A stretch of DNA of 62,962 bases, the filler included, from Phoronis australis (Eukaryota; Animalia; Phoronida): the NCBI GenBank assembly GCA_002633005.1. It is 7 parts of 7 records of this genome, joined end to end, with 100 filler letters (N's around TTAATTAATTAA, not from the genome) between each part and the next. Parts side by side here need not be neighbours in the genome. Positions count along the whole stretch, not along the records: positions 18,837 to 48,875 come from NMRA01000423.1; 6 more parts are not named here. One strand, written 5' to 3'. The notes under the pieces are model-generated. The model did no database searches. It was not told where the DNA came from and saw nothing but the letters and a program-made list of their open reading frames with translations. Position 1 is the first letter of the stretch. Each line of letters starts with the position of its first letter. Shown here piece by piece: positions 28,092 to 39,899 of the stretch. A program made the position numbers and the translations under genes.

Positions 28092-29416
28092 CTGAAACAA
28101 ACAGGCCATGAGTAAAACTTTTGGTCATATAGCAATACATGGATGAACAAGACTGTCGCCCTATATTGTTCACAAATAGAGATTTAAAAACATGCAAGAG
28201 ACAGCTGCTGACGACGGATATTCTTATACGGTACCAAAAAACACTTTGGTTCTTGTCCAAGGTTGTTAAAAAATTACAAGATGACGCAGTATTTTGTTAG
28301 TGATTTACTTTTAAAACACCTGATGTCAGCTTTTACTCAGCTAAAATCAGCTTCAGCGATGCAGAGGCGCGATTGGTTGTACACATCTCGATCCGACGTC
28401 TAATCTTTGTACTCTGGAAATCGAACTCGACATTATTTTTGATATTTTCCGTTGTACTTTTGGTGCGAACTCTATATAAGTTCTGGGGTTCAACTTGATG
28501 TACGTGGACGACTGTCTAATCTCATTTTGAACTTGATGACCCAAGCATATTATAACGCCATAAGTTCGAACCAGAATTCGAAATCTCGAGTTTTTAGAGA
28601 GTTCGTTTGTCGAATCTAGGGTTACCAAGCGCAAACTTGAAACTAGCCACTAATCATAAAAAATCATAACATACCCGAGCACAAAAAACACGCACATGTC
28701 ATTAATTTGCATAATAATAGAACGCAAAATGTCCAAAATNATTACCCTCACACCACCACTGTTCATTTCATCCAATCACAAGATGCCACATATTACCCTC
28801 ACACCACCACTGTTCATTTCATCCAATCACAAGATGCCAATGTTACCCTCACACCAGCACTGTTCATTTCATCCAATCACAAGATACCACAAAGTCTACA
28901 CACGCTTCTTCAAAATCAACAGAAGCAACATGTCCAATCTATACTAACAAAATTTACTAAAAGTCAACAAACCGTCAAAAAGTAAATACCTAAGGATGAC
29001 ATGACAGCTCTATTGTTAAGTACAAGAGTGTGGTAAGACTGGTTCTTTGTGCTCACACTAATAAGTGACAATGTGCCTGAAAATCTGCAACACCTGAGAG
29101 TCTAGTTCCTGAACTCAAAATCGACTCAAAATGCGACCAATCCGGCTGGACACACATTGAGTAAACTTTCATCCTTGTACTTGAGTTACATGTATGTCTC
29201 TATTGCTTAGGTTCTGTCAAACCTTTCAGCTAAGATGAAGAAAGACATCATACCAGTCGTTACCAGCTTTATGTTAATGAAACTGAGGGAAACAAAATGT
29301 CTGTCTTGTGGAGCTTGATCTGATCGAGTACATTGAATTATGGACAATTTACTCAACTGGACATCAGATGATTTCGTCCTCAAACAGGTAGAAACGACAT
29401 TAAAATCTTTGTCACA

Positions 29417-29665
29417 TTAGCGATTGTATAGTAAAAAATCTCGTATAGATGTCCAAATATTACTGTCATCGTATAGATATTCCATGGAAGAACGTAGGGA
29501 CGGCTGCAGGGTTTCTCTCTCATGTTCAAACAACCACAGCACAATTCCCCATACAGCAGCAGCAAACAAAGGGAACGGACTCTGCTTGGGCTCAGGCAAA
29601 TAACCTTCTTTCACACCATATCGCGCCAATCCTAATAGTATTCGCGACAACAGGTACAGGTTTAT
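29417..29665 (-). CDS. PXMP4: PXMP4 terminal coding exon 4 (proximal copy)
   Basis: INLYLLSRILLGLARYGVKEGYLPEPKQSPFPLFAAAVWGIVLWLFEHERETLQPSLRSSMEYLYDDSNIWTSIRDFLLYNR* is the PXMP4 C-terminus. Acceptor tttgtttcag. Spliced CDS 104+63+199+249=615 nt (204 aa + stop). Confidence 0.95.
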   Translation of the reverse strand: MNLYLLSRILLGLARYGVKEGYLPEPKQSPFPLFAAAVWGIVLWLFEHERETLQPSLRSSMEYLYDDSNIWTSIRDFLLYNR

Positions 29666-32600
29666 CTGAAACAAACAGGCCATGAGTAAAACTTTTGGTC
29701 ATATAGCAATACATGGATGAACAAGACTGTCGCCCTATATTGTTCACAAATAGAGATTTAAAAACATGCAAGAGACAGCTGCTGACGACGGATATTCTTA
29801 TACGGTACCAAAAAACACTTTGGTTCTTGTCCAAGGTTGTTAAAAAATTACAAGATGACGCAGTATTTTGTTAGTGATTTACTTTTAAAACACCTGATGT
29901 CAGCTTTTACTCAGCTAAAATCAGCTTCAGCGATGCAGAGGCGCGATTGGTTGTACACATCTCGATCCGACGTCTAATCTTTGTACTCTGGAAATCGAAC
30001 TCGACATTATTTTTGATATTTTCCGTTGTACTTTTGGTGCGAACTCTATATAAGTTCTGGGGTTCAACTTGATGTACGTGGACGACTGTCTAATCTCATT
30101 TTGAACTTGATGACCCAAGCATATTATAACGCCATAAGTTCGAACCAGAATTCGAAATCTCGAGTTTTTAGAGAGTTCGTTTGTCGAATCTAGGGTTACC
30201 AAGCGCAAACTTGAAACTAGCCACTAATCATAAAAAATCATAACATACCCGAGCACAAAAAACACGCACATGTCATTAATTTGCATAATAATAGAACGCA
30301 AAATGTCCAAAATAATTTTAAGTTCGATTTCGACTACAAAGATTAGACACCAGACGCTTTAAGATGCATCTCAGTTGAGGCAACCATACTTGTTTTAAAA
30401 TATGAACACATTAGATGCAAAATCGTCATTTCGTAACGGAAAGTTGAATGGTTCACCCAGGTTGCCACTTCAATAGCTGCATTCCACTTTTATGACAGGC
30501 TTCTTTTATTTGAGAATTAGGCAACGCCAGCTATCACTGACAGTTCGCTCTGAATAGCCGGGCGCTTATACATGTATAAAATACAATTAAAGAATGTAGG
30601 TTGGTTTTGAATAGGGAGGGCATCATGATGTACTTTACTCTCACTGGTGAATAAAAAATACCGTGTCAATCAGTCAACCTATCAATCGTTTATAGTACAT
30701 AATAAGCACAACTCACAAATACTGGCAAACACTTTAACACAACATATTATAAAGGGTTAACACTGTTGCTTTACGAATATACAAATCCCTCAATACAGGA
30801 CATTGATACATAAAGTGCATCTCATTTTCAACACTGCCTAGGTTACACATATCGCAAATTCTGTCATTCCTGGCAACACCCTAGTGTCTAACTACTTCTA
30901 AGCTTAGTTTATGAATCGAGCATCTAAACCGAGCGACACAACTTCGCAGAGTTAAACTCAAATAGGACAAGTATTCTATCTACTTACTGGCATTTTTGAA
31001 ATTTAATCTTGTAACATATTTACAAATGTGTACCGCATTTTCAGTATATTTACAAATTGAGGTACCCGATATACAAAGTATCGTAATAGCGTGTCCAGTT
31101 AAGCATTCTTGATTATAAAGACGTATGCATGCATGCAAGAAACAAAGCCAGGTTCAATGAATACTATTTGTTTAAGAGTTAAGTGTATTCTCCGTTAGCA
31201 ATTTAAATCCACTGGTTTCAAATTTACGGCAAATACCAAGCACTCGTCTTTCGCTACATATGACTACGTTGCTGCTGCCTTACAAACACTGCGGTTTCAT
31301 CGGTAGACCTCCAGACTAATGTCGCAAAACAGACTGTGTTTTCATTTGATTACACACTTTTTCCTTTCACACTCTTTGACAGTAAACAAGGCGTGTGCAA
31401 GGGTGGCTATGTGATCGGTACATTTCCGACCGAATTCACAAGGCCACTTTTCACTATAGGTGGCGCTGTGTCAGAGGGTACTTTTCCTTTACCAAACTTT
31501 CCTTCACGAATACAATGTATGTTCTCATGTATCTACAGCAAATGCTGTTGAATGGCACAGACTTCTTAAAATTGTTGGCTTTTACCAGAGCTACAGAGCA
31601 ACAGAGTCTGCCGTACTGTGTGGTTTTATTTGTTGCCTACCAGACATTCGCTGAAACCACGTCATTGTCTTTGCCATGATCAAGGAGTGCAGTATAAGTC
31701 TCCGTGCACTCCTTGGTGAAATAGGCTACCCGGGCAAAAACACTGTGCTCTTTACATGCAATTTGACTCTACTCATTCGTCTCATCTGCAACTGCGGAGC
31801 AAGAGAATTCCATTCCGCGTTCCTAGTGTTAAAATGCGTTGTCTTGCCGCCTGGCTCACATATCGGGCGATACAAAATCGATTACTACAGATCGAATTCT
31901 ATACCGATGTACGAGCATGATGATGCATTTTTCTGAGATCATGGGTAGCAGCCATATGCTTCAAAGATGCGACGCTAATGTTACTCAAACAATAACCTGC
32001 TATAACATTGGGCAAAAACGAAACGTGTACGTGCGGTACATCGATGTCCTCATTTGAGTGATGGCCAGTGACTGGCGTCGACCAGATACATGTACATGAA
32101 ATCAACTGAAAATCAATGCAATTCTTCAGATAGATCCGCAGTCGATATCGGTCCACATCACCTGATGAAAAATAGGCCGAGGATCGGACATATACTATGT
32201 AAAACTGTATGTTTTTAGCCAATATTGAAATTAAGCCCGTTTCCTCTCACGCTACCGATTTTGAATCATGCGTGCGACACAATATTTTCACAAGCCCACG
32301 AAGACGGTGTCTTTCAATTGTAAAATCGATATTTTTTACGACAAAAATAACGGTGCCCAAATAAAAACTGGAAATAATATACTTTACCAACCCATGTCCG
32401 AGAAGCAAGAGGTTACCAAAAGGTATTTTGACGCTCTAGTGAACACGGTCACAAGCGGATGTCATCGGCAAGATCACGGCTGGTGAGATTGCCATACTAC
32501 ACCTAACCCCGCAGCGAGTAGTTTGCCATATCTTAACAAACGGATGGTGTTGTTTAGTGGTAGATGAGGTCTTTTTTAGAGTCGAAAAATAAATCAAGCC

Positions 32601-32997
32601 TTGGGTTGCACCGTTAGAAAGACTGTGAATTTATTTTTTATTTTGATGACTTCTTCATTTTATGGTCTGGAGATTGCTCTTACAAATAAGCTCAAAGAGA
32701 TTGCGTCTCATCCTCCAAAGTGCCACACTTGTTCTCCTATCGAGAATACTATGCATCTTGACGGGTTCGAGTGGTGTCACTGCAGTCAGGGCCATGTAAT
32801 ATGCACCAATATACTGTTAGTAATGGGAAAAGCATGAAAAAATGGCGGGAAGTGTTGTGATACATGCTACATCATGTAGACTTGGTGGGATCTTGGCGAC
32901 ATTTCTGTTTTGGTTGTTATGTGGTGTTTTACTATGTGAAAAGTATATGAACATGTCATTCTTAAACTCTCGTCGAAATGTGTATAGCCAACATTCT

Positions 32998-34180
32998 CAG
33001 CCAATTTCAATTTCATAAAGGTGGTTTAAAGTTAAACCAGTTTGAAACTGCACTTAGACCAGGTTTAATGATAATCTGCATTTCATAAAGGTGGTTTAAC
33101 TTTTAGACCAGTGGTCTTGTAAAACCTGGTTTAACTCCAGTTTAGACCTGGTCTAAGTCAGTTTTCATTTCACCAACGAGGTCTATATTCTTTAGACCTG
33201 TATTAAGATCTTAAACCATGTTTAACTTTAGACTTGGTCAGACCCACGTTTAACTGTTAAATATGTCAGACTTGCATGGTATAGGTACAACTGAACGATG
33301 CTGCAGTGTGCAATTGCCACGTAGTTTTAGAGCGAAAATGGACTATTTTCATTATTCAGGTTTACTACGACACGAGATCAAACGTAGCAGAGGCGGATCC
33401 AGGATTTTTAAAGCAGAGAGGGCAGTCAAGGACTTTTTGAAAGGGGGGACCAAGTCAACAATTTGAAAATTATAGATTTGATATCATTAAAATCAAGGGA
33501 AAAAGGGGGCTTCGGACCCCTTGACCCCCTGGATCCGCCTATGCATAGACCACTACGTGCTGGAGTGTGTCCTGCGGATTCCTCAGAATACGACTGGTCG
33601 AGCAGGTCTCATCGTCGCAAGCCCTACGGATTTGACTTAAGACAGCATCCTCTGATTCTTCTGACTGAGTTCCACCTCCACAGTTCTCCGATTCAATGTT
33701 GCCGGGAAGGGGTCTTGCCCCCCTCCCCCCTGTTGCCGCGAAAAATAAAAACTAAAATGACACGGAAATAAATTTGGGCATTTATCATGTTACATCTAAT
33801 CGTGAGCATGTATTGTAATGTGTGTGTGTTGGGCACACAAATTACATTTTTCCTCTTGAGAAAAGCTTTTAGACCTTTGTCGTAAATGTCTGCACTGATT
33901 CTACTGGTGTATGCCATTCTATACCCACGTGATCAAGGTTTCATTGAAGCCCTTCTATAGTTTCTTTGTTGGGTATACCGACCGCGACACAGTGGGGGTG
34001 CCTTTGATACTTTAAACCTGGTTCTACTGAACCAGCTCCCTGGTCTAGCAAAACCTGGCTTTCAGACTCTTAAACCATGTTGGTGAAACGCAAGTTAGGT
34101 AAAAAATTAGACCAGGTTTAGGAAGACCAGGTTTAAGTCTTAAACCTGGTTTTGTTAAACCACCTTTATGAAATCGGCTG
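32998..34180. mobile_element. Non-autonomous TIR DNA element (~1.18 kb) with 3-bp TSD
   Basis: Ends CAGCC(aatttc)AATTTCATAAAGGTGGTTTAA and TTAAACCACCTTTATGAAATCGGCTG, flanked by TCT on both sides. Subterminal AAACCTGG/AGACCAGG repeats. Lies in PXMP4 intron 3. Confidence 0.8.
33388..33541. mobile_element. Short GGCGGATCCAG-ended interspersed repeat (relatives near 25900-26032, 58958-59112, 60634-60800, 61672-61722, 62510-62640)
   Basis: AGAGGCGGATCCAGGATTTTTAAA...GGGG...CCCCTGGATCCGCCT has inverted ends, and several dispersed degenerate copies occur in the window. Confidence 0.7.
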
Positions 34181-35114
34181 TCTAAGTTTGGCCAGAACCG
34201 TTAGCAGAAGGTCCTTTGTTCAAATTCCAGTCGGGGTAGAAAAGGTCTTTTCAGATAGGTTACGTGATGAGGCCACAGGTGTCAGGCTGACAACAAATGC
34301 TAAAAATGATTGCAATATGTGAAAAGTAATTATTAAAAGTTGACTTTTGTTACTCGATATCATTATATGTAAGAAGCCAGAAGTATAAGCTAGCTGCAGG
34401 CTAAGAAGGCTTCCTCTCCGAAGTGTACAGAATATGTACACCCCTGAAAATGGTAATACTTAAGAACAGTCCCTAAGAGGTCTTAGCAATTCTAGAGAAT
34501 GGGTTTATGGCATCTTTAAAAGGATACCAGTCCGGATATTAAAGGCAACTTTTCCATCCTATTCTCTGATACAAAATAACGTTCTATAATCCCCAACAAA
34601 AATTTGAACTCCTTTCAAAATCTGCTAAATGGACAAGTGTGACGTAGGCTTTTAGCGAATCACATGGCAGCTGTGGTGAAAGATCACCCACCAAGAACTA
34701 TAATATCCAGTCTGCGACATAGGGAGTATCAGATGAAAGATGAACAGAGGAATGTTCACTGGAACATTAATTACTAACAGTTAATTTTGAATCTGACAAA
34801 AGTCTTAACAACAAGAAAAAATATCAAATACATCACAGCCAGTAGGAGGCCTCTAATTCTAAATTACATAAATTGTGTAAAATCATCAACTGAGAAAAAG
34901 GAAAAATGCACTGAAAATTTTCATTGGCACACACTTCAATGTTCAATACCAATCACAGAAATGAAAAGAAGCTGAGCTGATGTTCTGCAGTGGAGGAAAC
35001 GAAATTCAAAATCGTTTCTGGCTTTTATTTGTTTGTAAAAATATTAATAACATAACTTGACATGTCATTTGTTCAATATAGAAAGAAATGAACTAACATT
35101 TTCAACCAACGTAC

Positions 35115-35313
35115 CTGTTCATTGACTTTATTGTACTCGCCAAATACAAGATATCCACCGATGAATGCAGCTATGAAGGAATGATACTGCATCTTTGTTG
35201 ATTGCACAAACTGTAGACAATTTGTTAAGGCTTTATACAAAAACACAAAGCTAGCCAAGTTCTTGGCGTGGGTGAAGGTGGCTTTAAATATGGCATAAAA
35301 TTTGTCGTACAAG
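35115..35313 (-). CDS. PXMP4: PXMP4 coding exon 3
   Basis: (S)LYDKFYAIFKATFTHAKNLASFVFLYKAL...HSFIAAFIGGYLVFGEYNKVNEQ. Acceptor tctctttgcag, donor CAG|gtacgt, 199 nt, in frame with exons 2 and 4. Confidence 0.95.
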
Positions 35314-36284
35314 CTGCAAAGAGACAGAGAGAAGTATTGAGTGACTAAGGTATATACCCGGAAATTTGTAAGAGTACATTTTTTACTAATAAACTCGAGA
35401 GCCAAGAGTAAATACAGTACTAGTACATGCTAAATGAAGAAATGAAGACAGAATAATAAAAATTTCCTGCGAAAGTTGAATTCATCAACAGTGAAGTCTT
35501 CCTTCATGACCGAGAATAAAAGCAGAAAATTTAGAGGTTGCTGAGCCAGCCTGTAATCAGAATTTCAGCAATGTATTAGGTCCATCCCAGATTTCACAGC
35601 GATAGAACTCTTCTTTTTCCCAGAGATAAGAAAGCATGTGACCACATTTTGAATATCAGCCACATTTTCGTGTCTCTCATTATGTCACGAAGGCGAAGAA
35701 TTAACCATAACGCATCCAGTTTACAAAACTTTCTCGAGTCGCAGCTCACAGCACAGCCAATACTTCATTGGCATTTGAAGGACGAGGTGAGTAATGCCAC
35801 AAAAACTTGGAACAACAAGTGAAAATCCAAGGGCAAGAAAACGAGGCAGCAAATGTGCCCGACGAATGTTTACGGTATTGTAGATAAACACGAGATTTGA
35901 CAGTTACTGTGTAATCCAGGAGGGCCTTATTTTCATTACCAGTCACTTTTTCTGAACGTAATTAGCCGTCAGAATGGGGAAATGGTATGATTTTGTCTGG
36001 TACTGTACTACAAATACCAGTAGTTCATTTGCTTGGTATAAATTACACATACACAGGTGGAACCAAGAATAGTTTCATAGGATTAGTAGGGTAGATGATT
36101 AACAGTTTCTTATTTTCACAACCAGTCTAAAACTTGGAACAGCCTGATCACCATGCCACCTAGTGTCCAATTACTTCAAATATGGCTGCTGATACGAGCA
36201 GAAACAGTCAAGGTATTGTGCCTTTTCTGGTGGTGCAAATACAAACTATTAATCAGGAAGCTTGGAGGAAAAAACATGACTTGC

Positions 36285-36347
36285 CTGCCTTGCTTGAACA
36301 GAAATGTCATCACTAAGGCATGTGGAGCCCGTATTTTGACACCATAA
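36285..36347 (-). CDS. PXMP4: PXMP4 coding exon 2
   Basis: Encodes (V)YGVKIRAPHALVMTFLFKQG(S), the conserved KIRAPHALVMTFLF motif. Acceptor ttttatctttcag, 63 nt, donor AG|gcaagt (GC type). Confidence 0.95.
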
Positions 36348-36553
36348 CTGAAAGATAAAAAACACAATACTCACACAAAAATAGGTTATCTGAGGAAAAT
36401 CTTATTTGTACATGGTCCTTCCCCGCAAGAATCTTGTTAAAAGTAGTCCCATGAGGACTATCAACAACCTAGATTATACCAAAATGCAAAACATTTTGAC
36501 AGCAATGAATTCAAGTTCGTTAGAGCAATGTAGGGAAATCTCAGAGCAAACAT

Positions 36554-36678
36554 CATTTTACAGCATTCATTTTTGGCCTGGTTTCCTTCTCCAAAGACAT
36601 TTTACAGCATTCATTTTTGGCCTGGTTTCCTTCTCCAAAGACATTTTACAGCATTCATTTTTGGTCTGGTTTCCTTCA
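36554..36678. repeat. ~44-bp tandem repeat in PXMP4 intron 1, ~3 copies
   Basis: CATTTTACAGCATTCATTTTTGGCCTGGTTTCCTTCTCCAAAGA units. Confidence 0.9.
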
Positions 36679-39137
36679 GGCTTTTGCCATAATTTTTTTA
36701 ACAGCCAGACACGTTTTGACACAAGGTGCCAACTCTTCAAAAATTTCCTATGCACTGAACTACAAAGAGTCAAGGTAATTACACCAAACTCGACCTACAG
36801 TGTATGAGAAATTGAACCTGGTTCATTCAGGTTACTGTAGCAGTATAACCAGCAACACTGCCAATTACTTATCAGCTTCAGCTTTTATTCGACCGCAATG
36901 AATATCTCAAATGAACAACACGGCCAATCACAGGCCGTTTTTCCTACAAATTTCACTTCAAGAAAACCATGAATTGGACACCGACTATGGCAATAGTCAC
37001 GATGGCCTAGTCAATTGATCATCTTCAACGGACTGTAATCTGGACCAGGTGCACGCCTAAAGTAAATTATATGAACCAGGAACATTGCCAATCAGTTAAG
37101 CTCAAGCACTCAAATTCATGCTGTGAGAGCAATGCCTTCTTCTGTCTGTTCTTCTAGTTGGATACAGACAAATGTCAATATGGTGAAGGCTGTAGTCTGT
37201 TGAAGTCTGTATGAAGCTCACAATGACCAACCACTAAGTCTAAGTGTTACGAATACAACGGAATACATGTCAAGTGACTACGTACATCGACTGAAACTTA
37301 ACGTAGGTGTATACACTGATCAAATCTCCAGGTTCCTAACTAAAATGAGCAAAAAGGGAGTTTTAACTAGTTAGACATGACTCTGAAAGTGACAAAAATC
37401 GACGAAAATGTTTTTTTTGTAGTTCGTTTTTTTTAAAAATCGTATTTTTTAATTTTCAACACATCAAATTTTAACTCGATTTTTTTTTCAAAATGCACAG
37501 GGATCATCATCAACTTTTTCCTTACGCAATATTCTACTTATCCATACCAAATATATGTACAAAATCATTATGATCTTGATTTTGTGGCATTTTTTGTGTG
37601 TGAGTTGGGGCAAGCACGCCACTTTTTGTCATTTGGTCACTTTCCGTCTAATAACTAAAAATCTGGTCCANNNNNNNNNNNNNNNNNNNNNNNNNNNNNN
37701 NNNNNNNNNNNNNNNNNNNNNNNNNNNNNNNNNNNNNNNNNNNNNNNNNNNNNNNNNNNNNNNNNNNNNNNNNNNNNNNNNNNNNNNNNNNNNNNNNNNN
37801 NNNNNNNNNNNNNNNNNNNNNNNNNNNNNNNNNNNNNNNNNNNNNNNNNNNNNNNNNNNNNNNNNNNNNNNNNNNNNNNNNNNNNNNNNNNNNNNNNNNN
37901 NNNNNNNNNNNNNNNNNNNNNNNNNNNNNNNNNNNNNNNNNNNNNNNNNNNNNNNNNNNNNNNNNNNNNNNNNNNNNNNNNNNNNNNNNNNNNNNNNNNN
38001 NNNNNNNNNNNNNNNNNNNNNNNNNNNNNNNNNNNNNNNNNNNNNNNNNNNNNNNNNNNNNNNNNNNNNNNNNNNNNNNNNNNNNNNNNNNNNNNNNNNN
38101 NNNNNNNNNNNNNNNNNNNNNNNNNNNNNNNNNNNNNNNNNNNNNNNNNNNNNNNNNNNNNNNNNNNNNNNNNNNNNNNNNNNNNNNNNNNNNNNNNNNN
38201 NNNNNNNNNNNNNNNNNNNNNNNNNNNNNNNNNNNNNNNNNNNNNNNNNNNNNNNNNNNNNNNNNNNNNNNNNNNNNNNNNNNNNNNNNNNNNNNNNNNN
38301 NNNNNNNNNNNNNNNNNNNNNNNNNNNNNNNNNNNNNNNNNNNNNNNNNNNNNNNNNNNNNNNNNNNNNNNNNNNNNNNNNNNNNNNNNNNNNNNNNNNN
38401 NNNNNNNNNNNNNNNNNNNNNNNNNNNNNNNNNNNNNNNNNNNNNNNNNNNNNNNNNNNNNNNNNNNNNNNNNNNNNNNNNNNNNNNNNNNNNNNNNNNA
38501 GACAAACAGGCTCAGGCTCGGAACAGGAGCTAGTTCACCATTTCACTACTAACTTTCACATGGTCAAAAATAGAATTGTTTTATTCTTGGTCTTGCTACA
38601 ACACCAATATCAGCTGGTACATCACTCTCGATTGCCCGGTTACGCAATGCTTGTTGACAGGGTTAGATTAGAGCTAGTGTCCTTGTATATAAGCTCCGCC
38701 CCAGTTGTCAATCACTGAGCTGGTGAGCACTCAAGCCATATAACTTGCTGAAGCTTGGTCAAATATAGCTAAAAAAACAACTTTGGATTTTCAGAATGAT
38801 TTTATTTTTCTTCAGTATACTGTGCATCAAGAATTAAAGATTAGGATGATACGAAAATGTAAAAAACAGTCAAAATTATTTTTTTTGTGTATCCACCTAC
38901 CTTAACTGCAAACCACTTATACAACAATCTTGTTATGACAGGCATATACCAACAAAAACAAAATTTACGAAAATAGTAAACAATCAAAATCCCACCGGTT
39001 GGTTTGTGATTATGACTTGTGTGTGTTGACGATTTTATCGGATCAGCTGATCAAGTCCAACGATTACGCCTGAAGGAATGCACTCTGTTAAGACTGTTGT
39101 AGAATACGTAAGTAGCAAAAATGGAACCTTTACTTAC

Positions 39138-39241
39138 ACAGCACCATTTCTCAAACCTTTAATCACAGACAAGACTGGTTTGTATTTTCCAGAACGAAGA
39201 AGCTTGTTTAAAGCTCGAAGGGCAGCAACAGAGGCTGCCAT
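39138..39241 (-). CDS. PXMP4: Peroxisomal membrane protein 4 (PMP24), coding exon 1
   Basis: Manual translation MAASVAALRALNKLLRSGKYKPVLSVIKGLRNGA(V) matches the PXMP4 N-terminus (LAVLKGFRNGAVYG-type motif). ATG at 39241, donor GT|gtaagta, 104 nt, phase 2. Not called in this frame by the ORF track. Confidence 0.95.
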
Positions 39242-39648
39242 CTTTGCAATTCAATCGTAACTTCAAAACCGAAGAGTTGGTTAAGTTCGCTTGCTTCTCA
39301 ACAGAAGCCGCTAATGTACTCTGTTGTAATCCGTGGTAGAAGAGGTCAAGACTAGATAGCCTATCTCTTCGGCCGGGTTTGAACTTACAGCAACGATCTT
39401 TTTCATTTTGACAACTGATACCAAGATAGCTTACTTGTCTTAACAATCAGAGATTATTCAATTCACGAACAACGACTTCCATACGCTGCCTTGGCCTCCA
39501 GCGAAACGTCACGCGGGTACCATGAGTCGATCGCCCACCCGGCCGGGCTGCCAAGTGTGAACATTTTCAGTCGATTTCTCATAGACATATGAAATGAATA
39601 AAAATAGCAGTTTTTCAAACCGATAGCGGTGTAGCACTGAACAAAGTA

Positions 39649-39899
39649 CCGGGGCTACAACTGGTCCTAAAAATGCCCTGCCCCACCCGGTTGGCAGTGC
39701 AGCACTTTTACTGAAGCTTTAGTTGGCCTCTGAAGTGAAAGGCATGATTCATCTAGACATATGCTTATACAAAACTACCTGTATGTATGTTCAACGATCG
39801 GAGATGTAGTTCACGCTGTTAATGCATGTATTTCCGCGTAGGATCTGGCACCATTGCTCAAGTTGGGCAGTGCTTTTTAGGACCAGTTGTAGCCCCCGG
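39649..39899. mobile_element. ~250-bp MITE upstream of PXMP4
   Basis: CCGGGGCTACAACTGGTCCTAAAAATGCCCTGCCC is inverted against GGGCAGTGCTTTTTAGGACCAGTTGTAGCCCCCGG. Flanks caaagta/caaatga are at best a degenerate TSD. Confidence 0.7.

Larger units (their letters stand above)
27167..30313. repeat. Direct duplication 27167-28739 / 28741-30313 separated by one N
   Basis: The two 1573-nt blocks look identical by eye and give identical ORF-track translations. The junction is a single N and the block starts inside a minisatellite. Confidence 0.9.

Noticed and set aside
31520-31679. Exon-like stretch vaguely resembling thioredoxin-like TXNDC15 (CVVLFVAY)
   Set aside because: Lacks the WC.FS motif, ends in a stop, has no partner exons and lies antisense in a PXMP4 intron.
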